From contig BCKQ01000012.1 in assembly GCA_001600695.1 (NCBI GenBank), positions 27,440 through 91,439 of the forward strand: a DNA stretch of 64,000 bases. Direction: 5' to 3'. Below the pieces are notes generated by a model. That model was not told the DNA's origin. It worked only from the letters and a program-made list of their open reading frames with translations, and did not search any database. The position numbers and the translations under genes are program-made. The DNA is from Ascoidea asiatica JCM 7603. Lineage: Eukaryota; Fungi; Ascomycota. Below, one piece after another: positions 33,945 through 43,812 of the stretch. Numbering within the stretch: the first letter of the stretch is position 1; every line of letters starts with the position of its first letter.

Positions 33945-34333
33945 CTTGAATATAGTTGTTAAATGATAAAGAAGAAGAATAAGAAGAATAAGAAGAATAT
34001 TAATTAATGACTACTATTCTCAAAATATTACACAATTACCTATCAACTACCTTTTCATTACCATTACCATTACCACTATCACTATCATTAGCAATTGACC
34101 TTTCTGGAGTTTCTCTGGAAAGGCCTTACATTTTCAGAATTTCCAATTGGTCCAATCCCAGAGAAAAACAGTGCAAAACTCAGAGACAAGCAAAAACATA
34201 GAATAAACAGTGAAAAAAACAAAGCACGTGCACTAACAAACCCACCATTGTGGATCTTTTTATCTAAAGTTTAGACCGGTTAAAGTAGATGATGCATGGC
34301 CATAGAAAATTATGCACCTTTTATGCATGTTAA

Positions 34334-34405
34334 GGTCGTATAGTGTAGTGGTAATCACCTTCGGTTTTGATCTGTATAACCCCGGTTCGAGTCCGGGTAG
34401 GACCT
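34334..34405 (+). tRNA. tRNA-Gln(UUG), intronless, with stem mismatches
   Basis: GGTCGTA TA GTGT AGTGGTAA TCAC C TTCGG TTTTGAT CTGTA TAAC CCCGG TTCGAGT CCGGG TAGGACC T; 72 nt; A and B boxes intact; closely resembles yeast tQ(UUG). Confidence 0.93.
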
Positions 34406-34406
34406 A

Positions 34407-34420
34407 TTTGTTTTTTTTTT
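34407..34420 (+). terminator. Pol III oligo-dT terminator
   Basis: tttg followed by T10 right after the tRNA. Confidence 0.85.
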
Positions 34421-35003
34421 AACTCTTTTTTTTTCTGTTTTTCTATTTTTAATCTTCCCGCACTGTCCAGCACAATCCAGCACTTTCCAGCACTCTTTTT
34501 GTGACTTTGTCACCGGACATTGCCGACCCAGTTTTCTGGTCTCGGACACGGTATAAACTAATCTCAAATACCCGATATCCGAGGCTAAAAAAAACGCTTA
34601 TTAAAACACAAAGAAAAATAGGCTTTAATTAGTTATTGTTAGAAACTTATAAATTTTTATTGAAAGAACTATTAAGAAATATTAGAAATTAAGGAAAACT
34701 ATTTAAAACTATTTGAAACTAAGGAACAATGTGCAAATTATAAAAGAAGAACAAATGAATGCAGACAATATCACAAACAAAAATTGAAAAAAAAAGTGAT
34801 TTAAAAAAAAAGCAATAAAACCAAACAAAATAAAATAAATAGACAAATACTCAAATAAACAAACAAAAATATACCAAAAAATAATTTAAAAAGATTTAAA
34901 TACATTCAAGAAATAAATCCATATCCATAACCAATTTTTTTTTTTTTTTCTTTTCTTTTCTTTTCATTTTCATTTTCATTTTCATTTTCTTTAAATAATT
35001 TAC

Positions 35004-38000
35004 TTAAATCAGTTCATTTTTTTGATGACTTTTGGACTGATTTTTACTTAATGTAGAACTTCTATCAACTGTAATAACAGAATCTGATTGAATTAAAGAT
35101 TTTAAATTTGTATCATAACTTTTTAAAATTATTTGAAAATTTTTATTAATTTTAATATATAATTGATTTAATTCATTAATTTTATAATTTAATGAATTAA
35201 CTTGTAAATTATTTTGTTTAATTTGATAATTTGATGAATCTATATTTGCTTTCATACTATTATTTAAACTTATTAAATTATCTGAATTTGTATTAATTAA
35301 TTTAATAATTTTATCATAATTTTTATCAATATTATTTTTTAAAATTTCTTCATTTAATTTTAATTCATTTATTGCTTTTGCTACAATTTCTTTATCATCT
35401 AAAGAAATTATTAATTTATTATGATTTTCTAATTCATTATTAATATTTAATAATTTTTCATTAATTTCAATAATTTTTTTATTAAATAAATTTGAAATAT
35501 TTTTATTATTATCATTAATTTTATTCATTTCATCTTTAATTTCAGTTTTAAACTTATTTAAATTATTATTAGAATTATCTTCAATAGATTTAGTTTTATT
35601 ATGAAATTCATTTAATAAATTACCTTTTAAATTAATATCAATTTTTAATTCGTTTAATTCTTTATTTGTTGAAATAATTTCAGAATTAATTTTATTAATA
35701 AAATTTAAATTTTCTTTCAGTTTATTTTCAACAATTAATAATAAATTAGAATATTTTGAATTTGAATCCATAATATTTTGTTCTAAATTTGTAAATTGTT
35801 TATCATTTTCTGTAACAATTTTTCCCATACTTGCATCTAAAGAAACAAAATTTTCTTTAATTGAATTTCCAATATCTTCTAATCCAGAATCATGTTGACT
35901 AATTTTTTCTTTAATATTTGTTAAATCTGAAGCTAAACTTTGATTCATTGTTTGAAATTGATTATTTAAATTTTGTAATTTTTTATCATTATCTTCAAAA
36001 GCAGAATTAACATCTTCTTTAAGATTATCAATATCTTTCATAACTAATAAATCAACTCTAGAATCAATAATTTTATCAAGATCTGTTCTTGTAACATTAG
36101 TTTCTAATTCTCTTCTAATTCCTTTAAAACCTTCGGAAATATTATTAATTTTTGAATTCATTTCATTTTTTACAAGAAATAATAAACTTTTATTATTAAT
36201 TTCAAATTTATTATGATTTTCATTAAGATTATCTTGAATTGATTTTGAATTTGAAATAAATTTTTGATCAATATCATTATTAATTTGTTTATTTTTTTCT
36301 TGTAAATCTTCAATTAAATCATTATTTAATTCAATATTTTGACGAAAAGATTGAAAATCAATTGAAATTTCATGAAGTTGATTATTTTGTTGTTCTAATT
36401 TATTATTAATATTATTTTGAATATTATCTAAAGAATTCTTTAATTCTTTAAATTTTTTATTATTATCATTATAATCAAGTTCAATTCTATCACTAATTTC
36501 TTTTATATTATCAACATTATTTTCAATTTTTTTTAAAACATCTTTATTAATTAAAGTTTCAATTCTTTGTATTTCATTTTGTAAAAATTTTTTTAATTCT
36601 AAATTCATTCTTTCTTCTAAAATATCAAGTCCTTTTGTTGTATTTGTAGAATTAATGAAAATAATATTTTTTAAATTTTCATCCATTGATTTTTTAAAAT
36701 CTTCATTTAATTCATTTTTAATTAAAGATATCTTTTTTTCAACATCATTTTCATTTTCTTCATTAAATTTTTTTTTATTTTTCTCACTTGTTTCGAATTC
36801 AAGTTTAAGATTATTGAATAAATTAAACAAATCATTATTTTTGTTTTTAATAATTTGAAATTGATCTTCATTAATTTTTTTCAAATTATTAATCTCACTC
36901 TTTTGATCATTGATTTTTTTAGAAAGTAAATTATTAAATTCGTTATCAAATTTTGAAATTTTTGAATTTAAATCTTCTTTAAATGAAATTAATTCATTTG
37001 AGAAACGTTTTGAAATATCCCTTGATTTATTATTTGATTGATTGAAATTATTTGATAAATTAATATAATTTTCTTTTAAATTTTCAATTTCAACATTTTG
37101 ATCACTAATTTTTTTAGAAAGTAAAAGATTAAAAGCAGTATCAAATTTTGAAATCTTAGAATTTAAATCTTCTTTAAAAGAAACTAAATCATTAGAAAAA
37201 CCTTTTGAAATATTTTTTGATTTATTATTTGATTGATCAAAAGTAGTAGATAAATTATTAAAATTTTCTCTTAAATTTTTAATCACAATATTTTGATCAT
37301 CAATTTTCTTTGATAATAAATTAGTAAAATCGGTATTGAATTTTGAAATTTTAGAATTTAAATCATTTTTCAAAGTAATTAAATCATTGGAAATACTTGT
37401 TGAAATGTCTTTGGATTGATTATTTGATATATTAAAATTTTCTTTTAAAATTTCATTATCTTTTTTCAAATTTTCAATTTCCAATTTTTGATTTGCAAGT
37501 TTTTCAGAAAGTAAAATATTAAAATCAGTATCAAATTTTGATATTTTAGAGCTTAAAACATCTTTAAAAGAAATTAAATCATTTGATATACCTTTTGAAA
37601 TATTCTTTGATTTAATAATTGATTCATTAAAAGTATTTAATAAATTATTGAGATCTATTTTTAAATTTTCATTTTTTTCTTTTAAATTAATTATTTCAAT
37701 ATTTTGATTTTCAAATTTTTTAAAATGTATAGTATTTAAATCATTATCAAATTTTGAAAATTTTAAATTTAAATCATTTAAATCATTTGAAAAATTTTCA
37801 TTTTTTTTTAATAAATTTTTAATATTATTATTATTTTGAATTGAAGAATCTTTAAATTTAATAAATTCATTATTTAAACTTGAAAATTTATTATTAATTC
37901 TTGAATCAATATTTGCATTCATTATATTAGTTTTTAAAGATAATTGATTTTTAATTTCATTAAAATTATCAGATAAAGTATCGGAAATTGATTTTGTTGA

Positions 38001-38354
38001 TTCAGATTTTATAGAAACTGTATCAAAATTTGAATCATTCATTAAATTAATTTCAGATTGTAATTTTAAAATTGAAGATTTATTAAAATTTTCAATTTTT
38101 TTGATATTTGATTGTAAATCAACTAATTTATTATTTAATAAATTAATTTTATTTAAATTTTTTATTAAAAATTTATCATTTTTTTGAATAATATCTTTAT
38201 TTGTATTATTATTGTAATTTTTATTAATATTTTTTTTTTTTGAGAGATCATAATCATTAATAATTTGAATAGAAAATTTTTGAAGTTGAGTATTTTCAGT
38301 TAAATATAATAAAGATTTAAAGAAAAAATATATTAAAATTTCAAATAAAATCAT
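35004..38354 (-). CDS. 1116-aa long coiled-coil protein with N-terminal hydrophobic anchor and 65-aa internal repeats
   Basis: 3.3-kb ORF; MILFEILIYFFFKSLLYL; continuous heptad character. Confidence 0.85.
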   Translation of the reverse strand: MILFEILIYFFFKSLLYLTENTQLQKFSIQIINDYDLSKKKNINKNYNNNTNKDIIQKNDKFLIKNLNKINLLNNKLVDLQSNIKKIENFNKSSILKLQSEINLMNDSNFDTVSIKSESTKSISDTLSDNFNEIKNQLSLKTNIMNANIDSRINNKFSSLNNEFIKFKDSSIQNNNNIKNLLKKNENFSNDLNDLNLKFSKFDNDLNTIHFKKFENQNIEIINLKEKNENLKIDLNNLLNTFNESIIKSKNISKGISNDLISFKDVLSSKISKFDTDFNILLSEKLANQKLEIENLKKDNEILKENFNISNNQSKDISTSISNDLITLKNDLNSKISKFNTDFTNLLSKKIDDQNIVIKNLRENFNNLSTTFDQSNNKSKNISKGFSNDLVSFKEDLNSKISKFDTAFNLLLSKKISDQNVEIENLKENYINLSNNFNQSNNKSRDISKRFSNELISFKEDLNSKISKFDNEFNNLLSKKINDQKSEINNLKKINEDQFQIIKNKNNDLFNLFNNLKLEFETSEKNKKKFNEENENDVEKKISLIKNELNEDFKKSMDENLKNIIFINSTNTTKGLDILEERMNLELKKFLQNEIQRIETLINKDVLKKIENNVDNIKEISDRIELDYNDNNKKFKELKNSLDNIQNNINNKLEQQNNQLHEISIDFQSFRQNIELNNDLIEDLQEKNKQINNDIDQKFISNSKSIQDNLNENHNKFEINNKSLLFLVKNEMNSKINNISEGFKGIRRELETNVTRTDLDKIIDSRVDLLVMKDIDNLKEDVNSAFEDNDKKLQNLNNQFQTMNQSLASDLTNIKEKISQHDSGLEDIGNSIKENFVSLDASMGKIVTENDKQFTNLEQNIMDSNSKYSNLLLIVENKLKENLNFINKINSEIISTNKELNELKIDINLKGNLLNEFHNKTKSIEDNSNNNLNKFKTEIKDEMNKINDNNKNISNLFNKKIIEINEKLLNINNELENHNKLIISLDDKEIVAKAINELKLNEEILKNNIDKNYDKIIKLINTNSDNLISLNNSMKANIDSSNYQIKQNNLQVNSLNYKINELNQLYIKINKNFQIILKSYDTNLKSLIQSDSVITVDRSSTLSKNQSKSHQKNELI
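36875..37795 (-). repeat. 195-bp (65-aa) coding tandem repeat, four good copies plus one degenerate
   Basis: SKISKF motif recurs at ~37533, 37338, 37143 and 36948; unit SKNISKGFSNDLVSFKEDLNSKISKFDTAFNLLLSKKISDQNVEIENLKENYINLSNNFNQSNNK. Confidence 0.9.
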
Positions 38355-39479
38355 TTTAAAAAGTTTATGTAATTGGTAATTATGTATTTGATAACAAAAA
38401 TGTGAATGTGAATGTGAATGTGAATGAAAATTGTAAGGAAATTTTAAATTCTTTAAGTATGATTATAAATTTAAGTAATTTATTACTAAAGACTTTATTA
38501 TTAACTAAATGAATTTTAAAAATTGATTATTCCAATAGTATACTTTAATTATGATCAATTATTGATTTGAATTTATAAAAAATAAATTTAAAAAGTTTCA
38601 AATGTCTCTTTTTTTTTACAATTATCCAGAGTTAAAAAAAAACACAGATTTAGTATACAATCAATGATTTTAAATATTTGATAATTGATTAAATTTAAGC
38701 TAGACTGGGGAATATTGAATACTTTTCATAAAAAATATATAATATTGGATATATAATTTTAATTTTATTAAAATGAATGAAAATACAAATGAATAATAAC
38801 TCTGAAATATAGGGAATATATCCTTAGAGAAATTGATAAGTTTAAGTATTATTTAATGATTTATATGAATAAATCATGATTGAGATTATTGAAATTAGTA
38901 TGATTAATGAATTCATTGTTATAATCAGAGTTTCATTGGGAATTGATCAGATAAAATGATCATCGAATAGAATTGAGATGAATTTGAAAAAGATATTGAA
39001 ATATAATAAATATGATTGATAATAAATAATAAATAATAAATAATAAATATAAAGAATAAACAAAGTAAGCGCTAAACGATGTTTACTTTTGTTTCACTCC
39101 CAAAACAGCGATATCGAGTAGTTGAACAGTAGTTAAACAGTAGTTAAGAAGTGTCAGCGGTTATTTACTACGCTAATTACAAGATTGTCAGTGTTTGTTG
39201 TAGTATTAAATTTGGTAATTGATGAAGAAATGATTAAAACATGTATAAAAAGAAGAAAAGAACAGTTTCAAATATATAATGAACAAGAGAATAAAAAGAA
39301 GAAGAGAATAAATATTAATGTCAGCAAGACTTATTTGTCTTGTCTTGCAACATCTGAAGAAGTAAAAGATAAAATAGTCTAAGATTATATTTGAATGAAA
39401 TAATAAAAAGGAAAGAAATATATTCAAAAAGAAGATAATCAAAATATATACAAATAAAGATGAAATCAATTACTTTGTT

Positions 39480-39948
39480 TTATGTAGAAGAATTATTATC
39501 TTCTTCATTTACAACAATCTCACCCTTTTTTTGTGCAATTTTAACAACATCAAATGCTTTTAATAATTTTCTTCTTGCTCCCATAGCACTTACACCAACT
39601 TTTTGTAAATCTTCATCTAAATAATAAATTAATTTTTCCCAAGAAATATTTGATAAAAGTTCAGTATATTTATGTAATCTTAAATTTTTTAACCAAACTG
39701 GTAAATTATTTAAATTTTTTAATTGAATTAATTCAACTGAATTTAAACTTGGTGATTTTGGTGAATTCATTAATAATAATGTTAAATCTTTTGATGATGA
39801 TAATGGAGTTTTTTCAATAATTTGATTAATATTGTTTGATGTTGGAGTTTTTGCTTCAATTTTCATATTTTTATTATTACTATTAATGTTAGTATTAATA
39901 TTATTAATAATTTTATTTTTATCATTATTTGAATTGTCTAAATTTTTC

Positions 39949-39979
<31 letters not shown>

Positions 39980-40186
39980 AATTTTCATTAATAATTCCTT
40001 CATTTGATTTATTTTTATTAAATTGTTGTTGTTGTTGTTTATTTGATGATAATATTTTATCTTTATTTTCATTATTATTGTTATTATCTTTTAAAAATGA
40101 ATTTCTATTTCCATTATATTTTTTAGTCCTGCTAATAGATGGAGAAGATGACAAACTTGTATCAAATGAAGTATTATTTGAGTTCA

Positions 40187-40256
<70 letters not shown>

Positions 40257-41188
40257 GTTATTGTTATTGGAATTTCCATTAGAATTGAAATTAAAGTTAG
40301 TATTTGAATTAGAATTATGATCTGAAGTGAAAGTATTATTATTATAATTAAAATTTAAATTAGAATTTGAATTTGAATTTGAATTTGAATTAGAATTCAA
40401 GTTATTATTACTATTATTTGAATTATTTTTTCTTGAATTTCCAGAAACTGAAGATGTTCTATTATGACCAAAAGATCTATTTTGAGATTGATTATGAAAT
40501 GAACTAATACTTTTTGAACTAAAAGAATGTGGTAATTTATTTCTTTCTTCATTATTTGAATTTCCATTTCCATTTCCATTTCCATTTCCATTTTGATTTG
40601 ATCCCAGATTATAATTTGAATTTGAATTTGAATTTGAATTTCCAATTTGATTTTTTTTTAAAGAATCAAGTTTTGTTCTTGAATTTATAGTTGATAATGC
40701 TTTTAATTTCATTGCTGTATGAGGATCAAATGTAAAAGGTGTTGAATTATTATTATTACTATTATTAATTTGATCATCATTATATAAAGTTGGAGAAGTT
40801 GGAGATTTCAAAGAATTTTGAATATTTGTAAATGAAATTTTCAGATTTTGTAAATTATTTTGATTTTGATTTTGTTGATTTTGTTGACTTTGTTGTTGAT
40901 TTTGATTAGAAAATAAAATTTGAGATGAAATATTTAAATCATCATTAATATTATTTGAATTTGAATAAGATTGATTCATTTGAATACTATCTGAAGAACT
41001 ATTATTTGTAATAATTTCATTTTGTTGTAATTGATTTTGATTTTGAATTTGAATTTGATTATTTCTTGGTCTTGAAGTAAATTTTTGAGCTTGTTTTTTT
41101 AAAAAATTAGATTCTGCAATCAATGGAGAAAAAAGTAAATTATTATTATTATTATTAATATTGTTATTGATATTGTTATTTGAATCAA

Positions 41189-41219
<31 letters not shown>

Positions 41220-41904
41220 ATTAATATTATTATTAATATTTTGATGATAAGATAATTTGGAATTTAGATTTGAATTTGTAATTGAATTAGAATTTAAATT
41301 TGGAAGTGAATTATTATTATTGTTATTAAAAGATTGAATGGATTGAATAGATTGATCATTTTGAAAAGAATTAGTATTAATTGTTAAATTATTATAATTA
41401 ATTGAATGAGAATGAGAATGAGAATGAGAATGAGAATATTCATTATTATTGGTAATATTATTATTGGAAATATTATTATTGGAAATATTATTATTGGTAA
41501 TATTTGAATGATTATCAGAATCACTTAAAACACTATCTAAAGTAAAAGGTTCATTATTATTATTATTATTTGAATGTAAAATATTTAAATTATTATTTGA
41601 AGAATTAAAATTTTGAAAAATTGGAGAATAAATTTGAGAAATTGGTCTACTTAAATTACCTTTATTATTATTAATATTATTAATATTATTGTTATTATTG
41701 TTATTATTGTTATTATTGTTATTGAAATAAAAAGAATTATGATTTGAATTAATGTTATTATTATTGTTAGATGGATTGTTATTGTTAGGTTGGTTATTAT
41801 TATTATTATTATTATTAGGTAAAGAATTATTAAGATCAGAATTGAAAAGATATGGATAATAATTTTGTAATTTTGAATATAAATAATTTAATAAATCAAA
41901 TTGA

Positions 41905-41937
<33 letters not shown>

Positions 41938-42629
41938 GATAATAAATTATTAAATAAAATATCAATAAATTTTAATTTTTGTTGAATATTTGAATAATTT
42001 GATAATTTTAATATAAAAGATTTTAAAATATTTAAATCATTATCATTAAATTTATTTAAATCTATATTTGAATTTATATTTGAATTTATATTTGAATTTA
42101 AAAGGTTTGAAGGTGTTGAGATTGCAGATAAAGTTGGAGATATTATGTTATTAATATTTTTATTATTATTATTATTATTTATATTACTGTTATTATTATT
42201 ATTAATATTTAAATCAAAAGTATATCTTGAAGCTGGAGGAGATAAAATTGAAATTGAATTATGAGAATGAGTTGGAGATAAAATATTATTAATATTATTT
42301 AAATTTGAATTTGTATTTGCACCTAATTGAATTGGAGGAGGAGATAAAATTGAAGATCTTGAATAATTTAAATCTGGAGAATTTAAAAAATTTAAAGAAA
42401 GTGGTCTTTCTTTATCTTTTTCTTTATCTCTTTCTCTTGAAAATAAATTTGGATTTGAATGATTATTATTCAGATTATAATTAAAATTTAAATTATCAAG
42501 AAATAAATTATTTCCAAGATTTCCAAGATTAGAATTATTATTATTATTATTAGTCATATTTGATTTATTATTTGAAATTGAATTTAAAGAATCATAAGCA
42601 GATTGAATTGGAGATAAAAAATTAGTCAT
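39480..42629 (-). CDS. VTS1: Vts1/Smaug SAM-domain RNA-binding protein with very large Asn-rich region
   Basis: LNNLPVWLKNLRLHKYT...WEKLIYY-x-DEDLQKVGVSAMGARRKLLKAF; MKLKALSTINSRTKLDS motif. Confidence 0.95.
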
Positions 42630-43154
42630 TATTATAAATTTCTAATTTCTATAATATGAATAATTTATATAATAAGATAAGTTTTGAATATGAAAATGAA
42701 TCTAAAAGTGATATTTAAAATAATGAAATGAAATGAATAGAATAATGAATAGAATAATGATAATGATAATGATAATGATTATAGGATTTTATTAAAACTT
42801 GTTTGTGAAAAATATAAAAAAAAAAAAAAAAAAAAAATTATTTAGGAATTTAAATATCAAAAATTATAAAATTATAAAATTATAAAATTTAGAAATTAAT
42901 GTTTTTAATAGGTCCAAATACAGTTAATAAAGGCAGCAAAATAAGCAAGAGAAAGTAGGAGAATTAAAGTGGTGTAAGGAGTTTTAGAATAGCAGATAAA
43001 GAGAAGAAGAAAAGAAGTAAGAAGAAGAAGAAGATAATGAACAGGAAGAAGAAGAAGAAGAAGAAGATATAGAAAGAGAGAGAGAGAGAGAGAGATGGTG
43101 CTGCTGATGGAGGTGGTTCTGGTGGATGTGAATCTGGCTGTGGGTCTTATTGAA

Positions 43155-43343
43155 GTGGAACAGTGGTGGAACAGTGGTGGAACAGTGGCAGCAGGCCAGG
43201 AATAGTGCACTGAAACTGTTTGGCGCGACAATTCAAGATCCACCACTGCCCAGTGCCACTCAGCGCCACTCCGCGCTTCTCTCTTCCATTCGGATCTGTC
43301 CCTGGTCTGGTCTGGTCTGGTCTGGTCTGGTCTGGTCTGGTCT
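43155..43343 (+). repeat. GC-rich short tandem repeats: (GTGGAACAGTG)x3 and (CTGGT)x8
   Basis: Directly visible at ~43155-43188 and ~43302-43341. Confidence 0.85.
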
Positions 43344-43573
43344 ATTGTGTGTTCTGGAATCTGGTTCTAAAAACTAGACCGCTTACGTGATAATAGCCAT
43401 TTATTACATAATTAGTACCAGTCGAGTGGTACATGCACAATCATGTATTTCAAGTTTCAATAAAGCCAAACTGCTCCGTGACACTTACCTTCAGGTACAC
43501 GCACTTTTACATGCCGCCGTGCAACCGCACCAGCAGACGCCCGCATTCCACCCTTGGCTCTGGTTCCGTGCTG

Positions 43574-43590
43574 TGATTGGAAAATTTTCA
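43574..43590. promoter_or_regulatory. CCAAT box (TGATTGG) abutting an RRPE (AAAATTTTCA) upstream of MSS116
   Basis: tgattggaaaattttca ~230 bp before the ATG. Confidence 0.55.
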
Positions 43591-43812
43591 TCGGTTTTTA
43601 ACCTGATTTACCGTTTTTCATAATTTCAATTTCCTTGAAACTAAATTTTTTTTGTTTTTATTTTCTTAATCTAAATAAATAAAATTTTCTTTTAACTTAC
43701 TTACTTACTTACTTACCAACTTACTTTATTACTTTATTCTTATTATTCAATAAATTATTCAATTCAATAATTAGTTTTCAATTCAATTTTAAAATAATTT
43801 AATTATCCATTA

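Noticed and set aside
40078-40645. Poly-Leu/Ile/Met ORFs here and at 17990, 18336, 33063, 44525, 44570, 46181, 56568 and similar
   Set aside because: Shadow frames of (AAT)n/(GAT)n coding repeats inside real genes.
43155-43200. GTGGAACAGTGG resembling the 5' end of S. cerevisiae RNase P RNA
   Set aside because: It is a 3x tandem repeat; no P4 CR-I/CR-V motifs follow.
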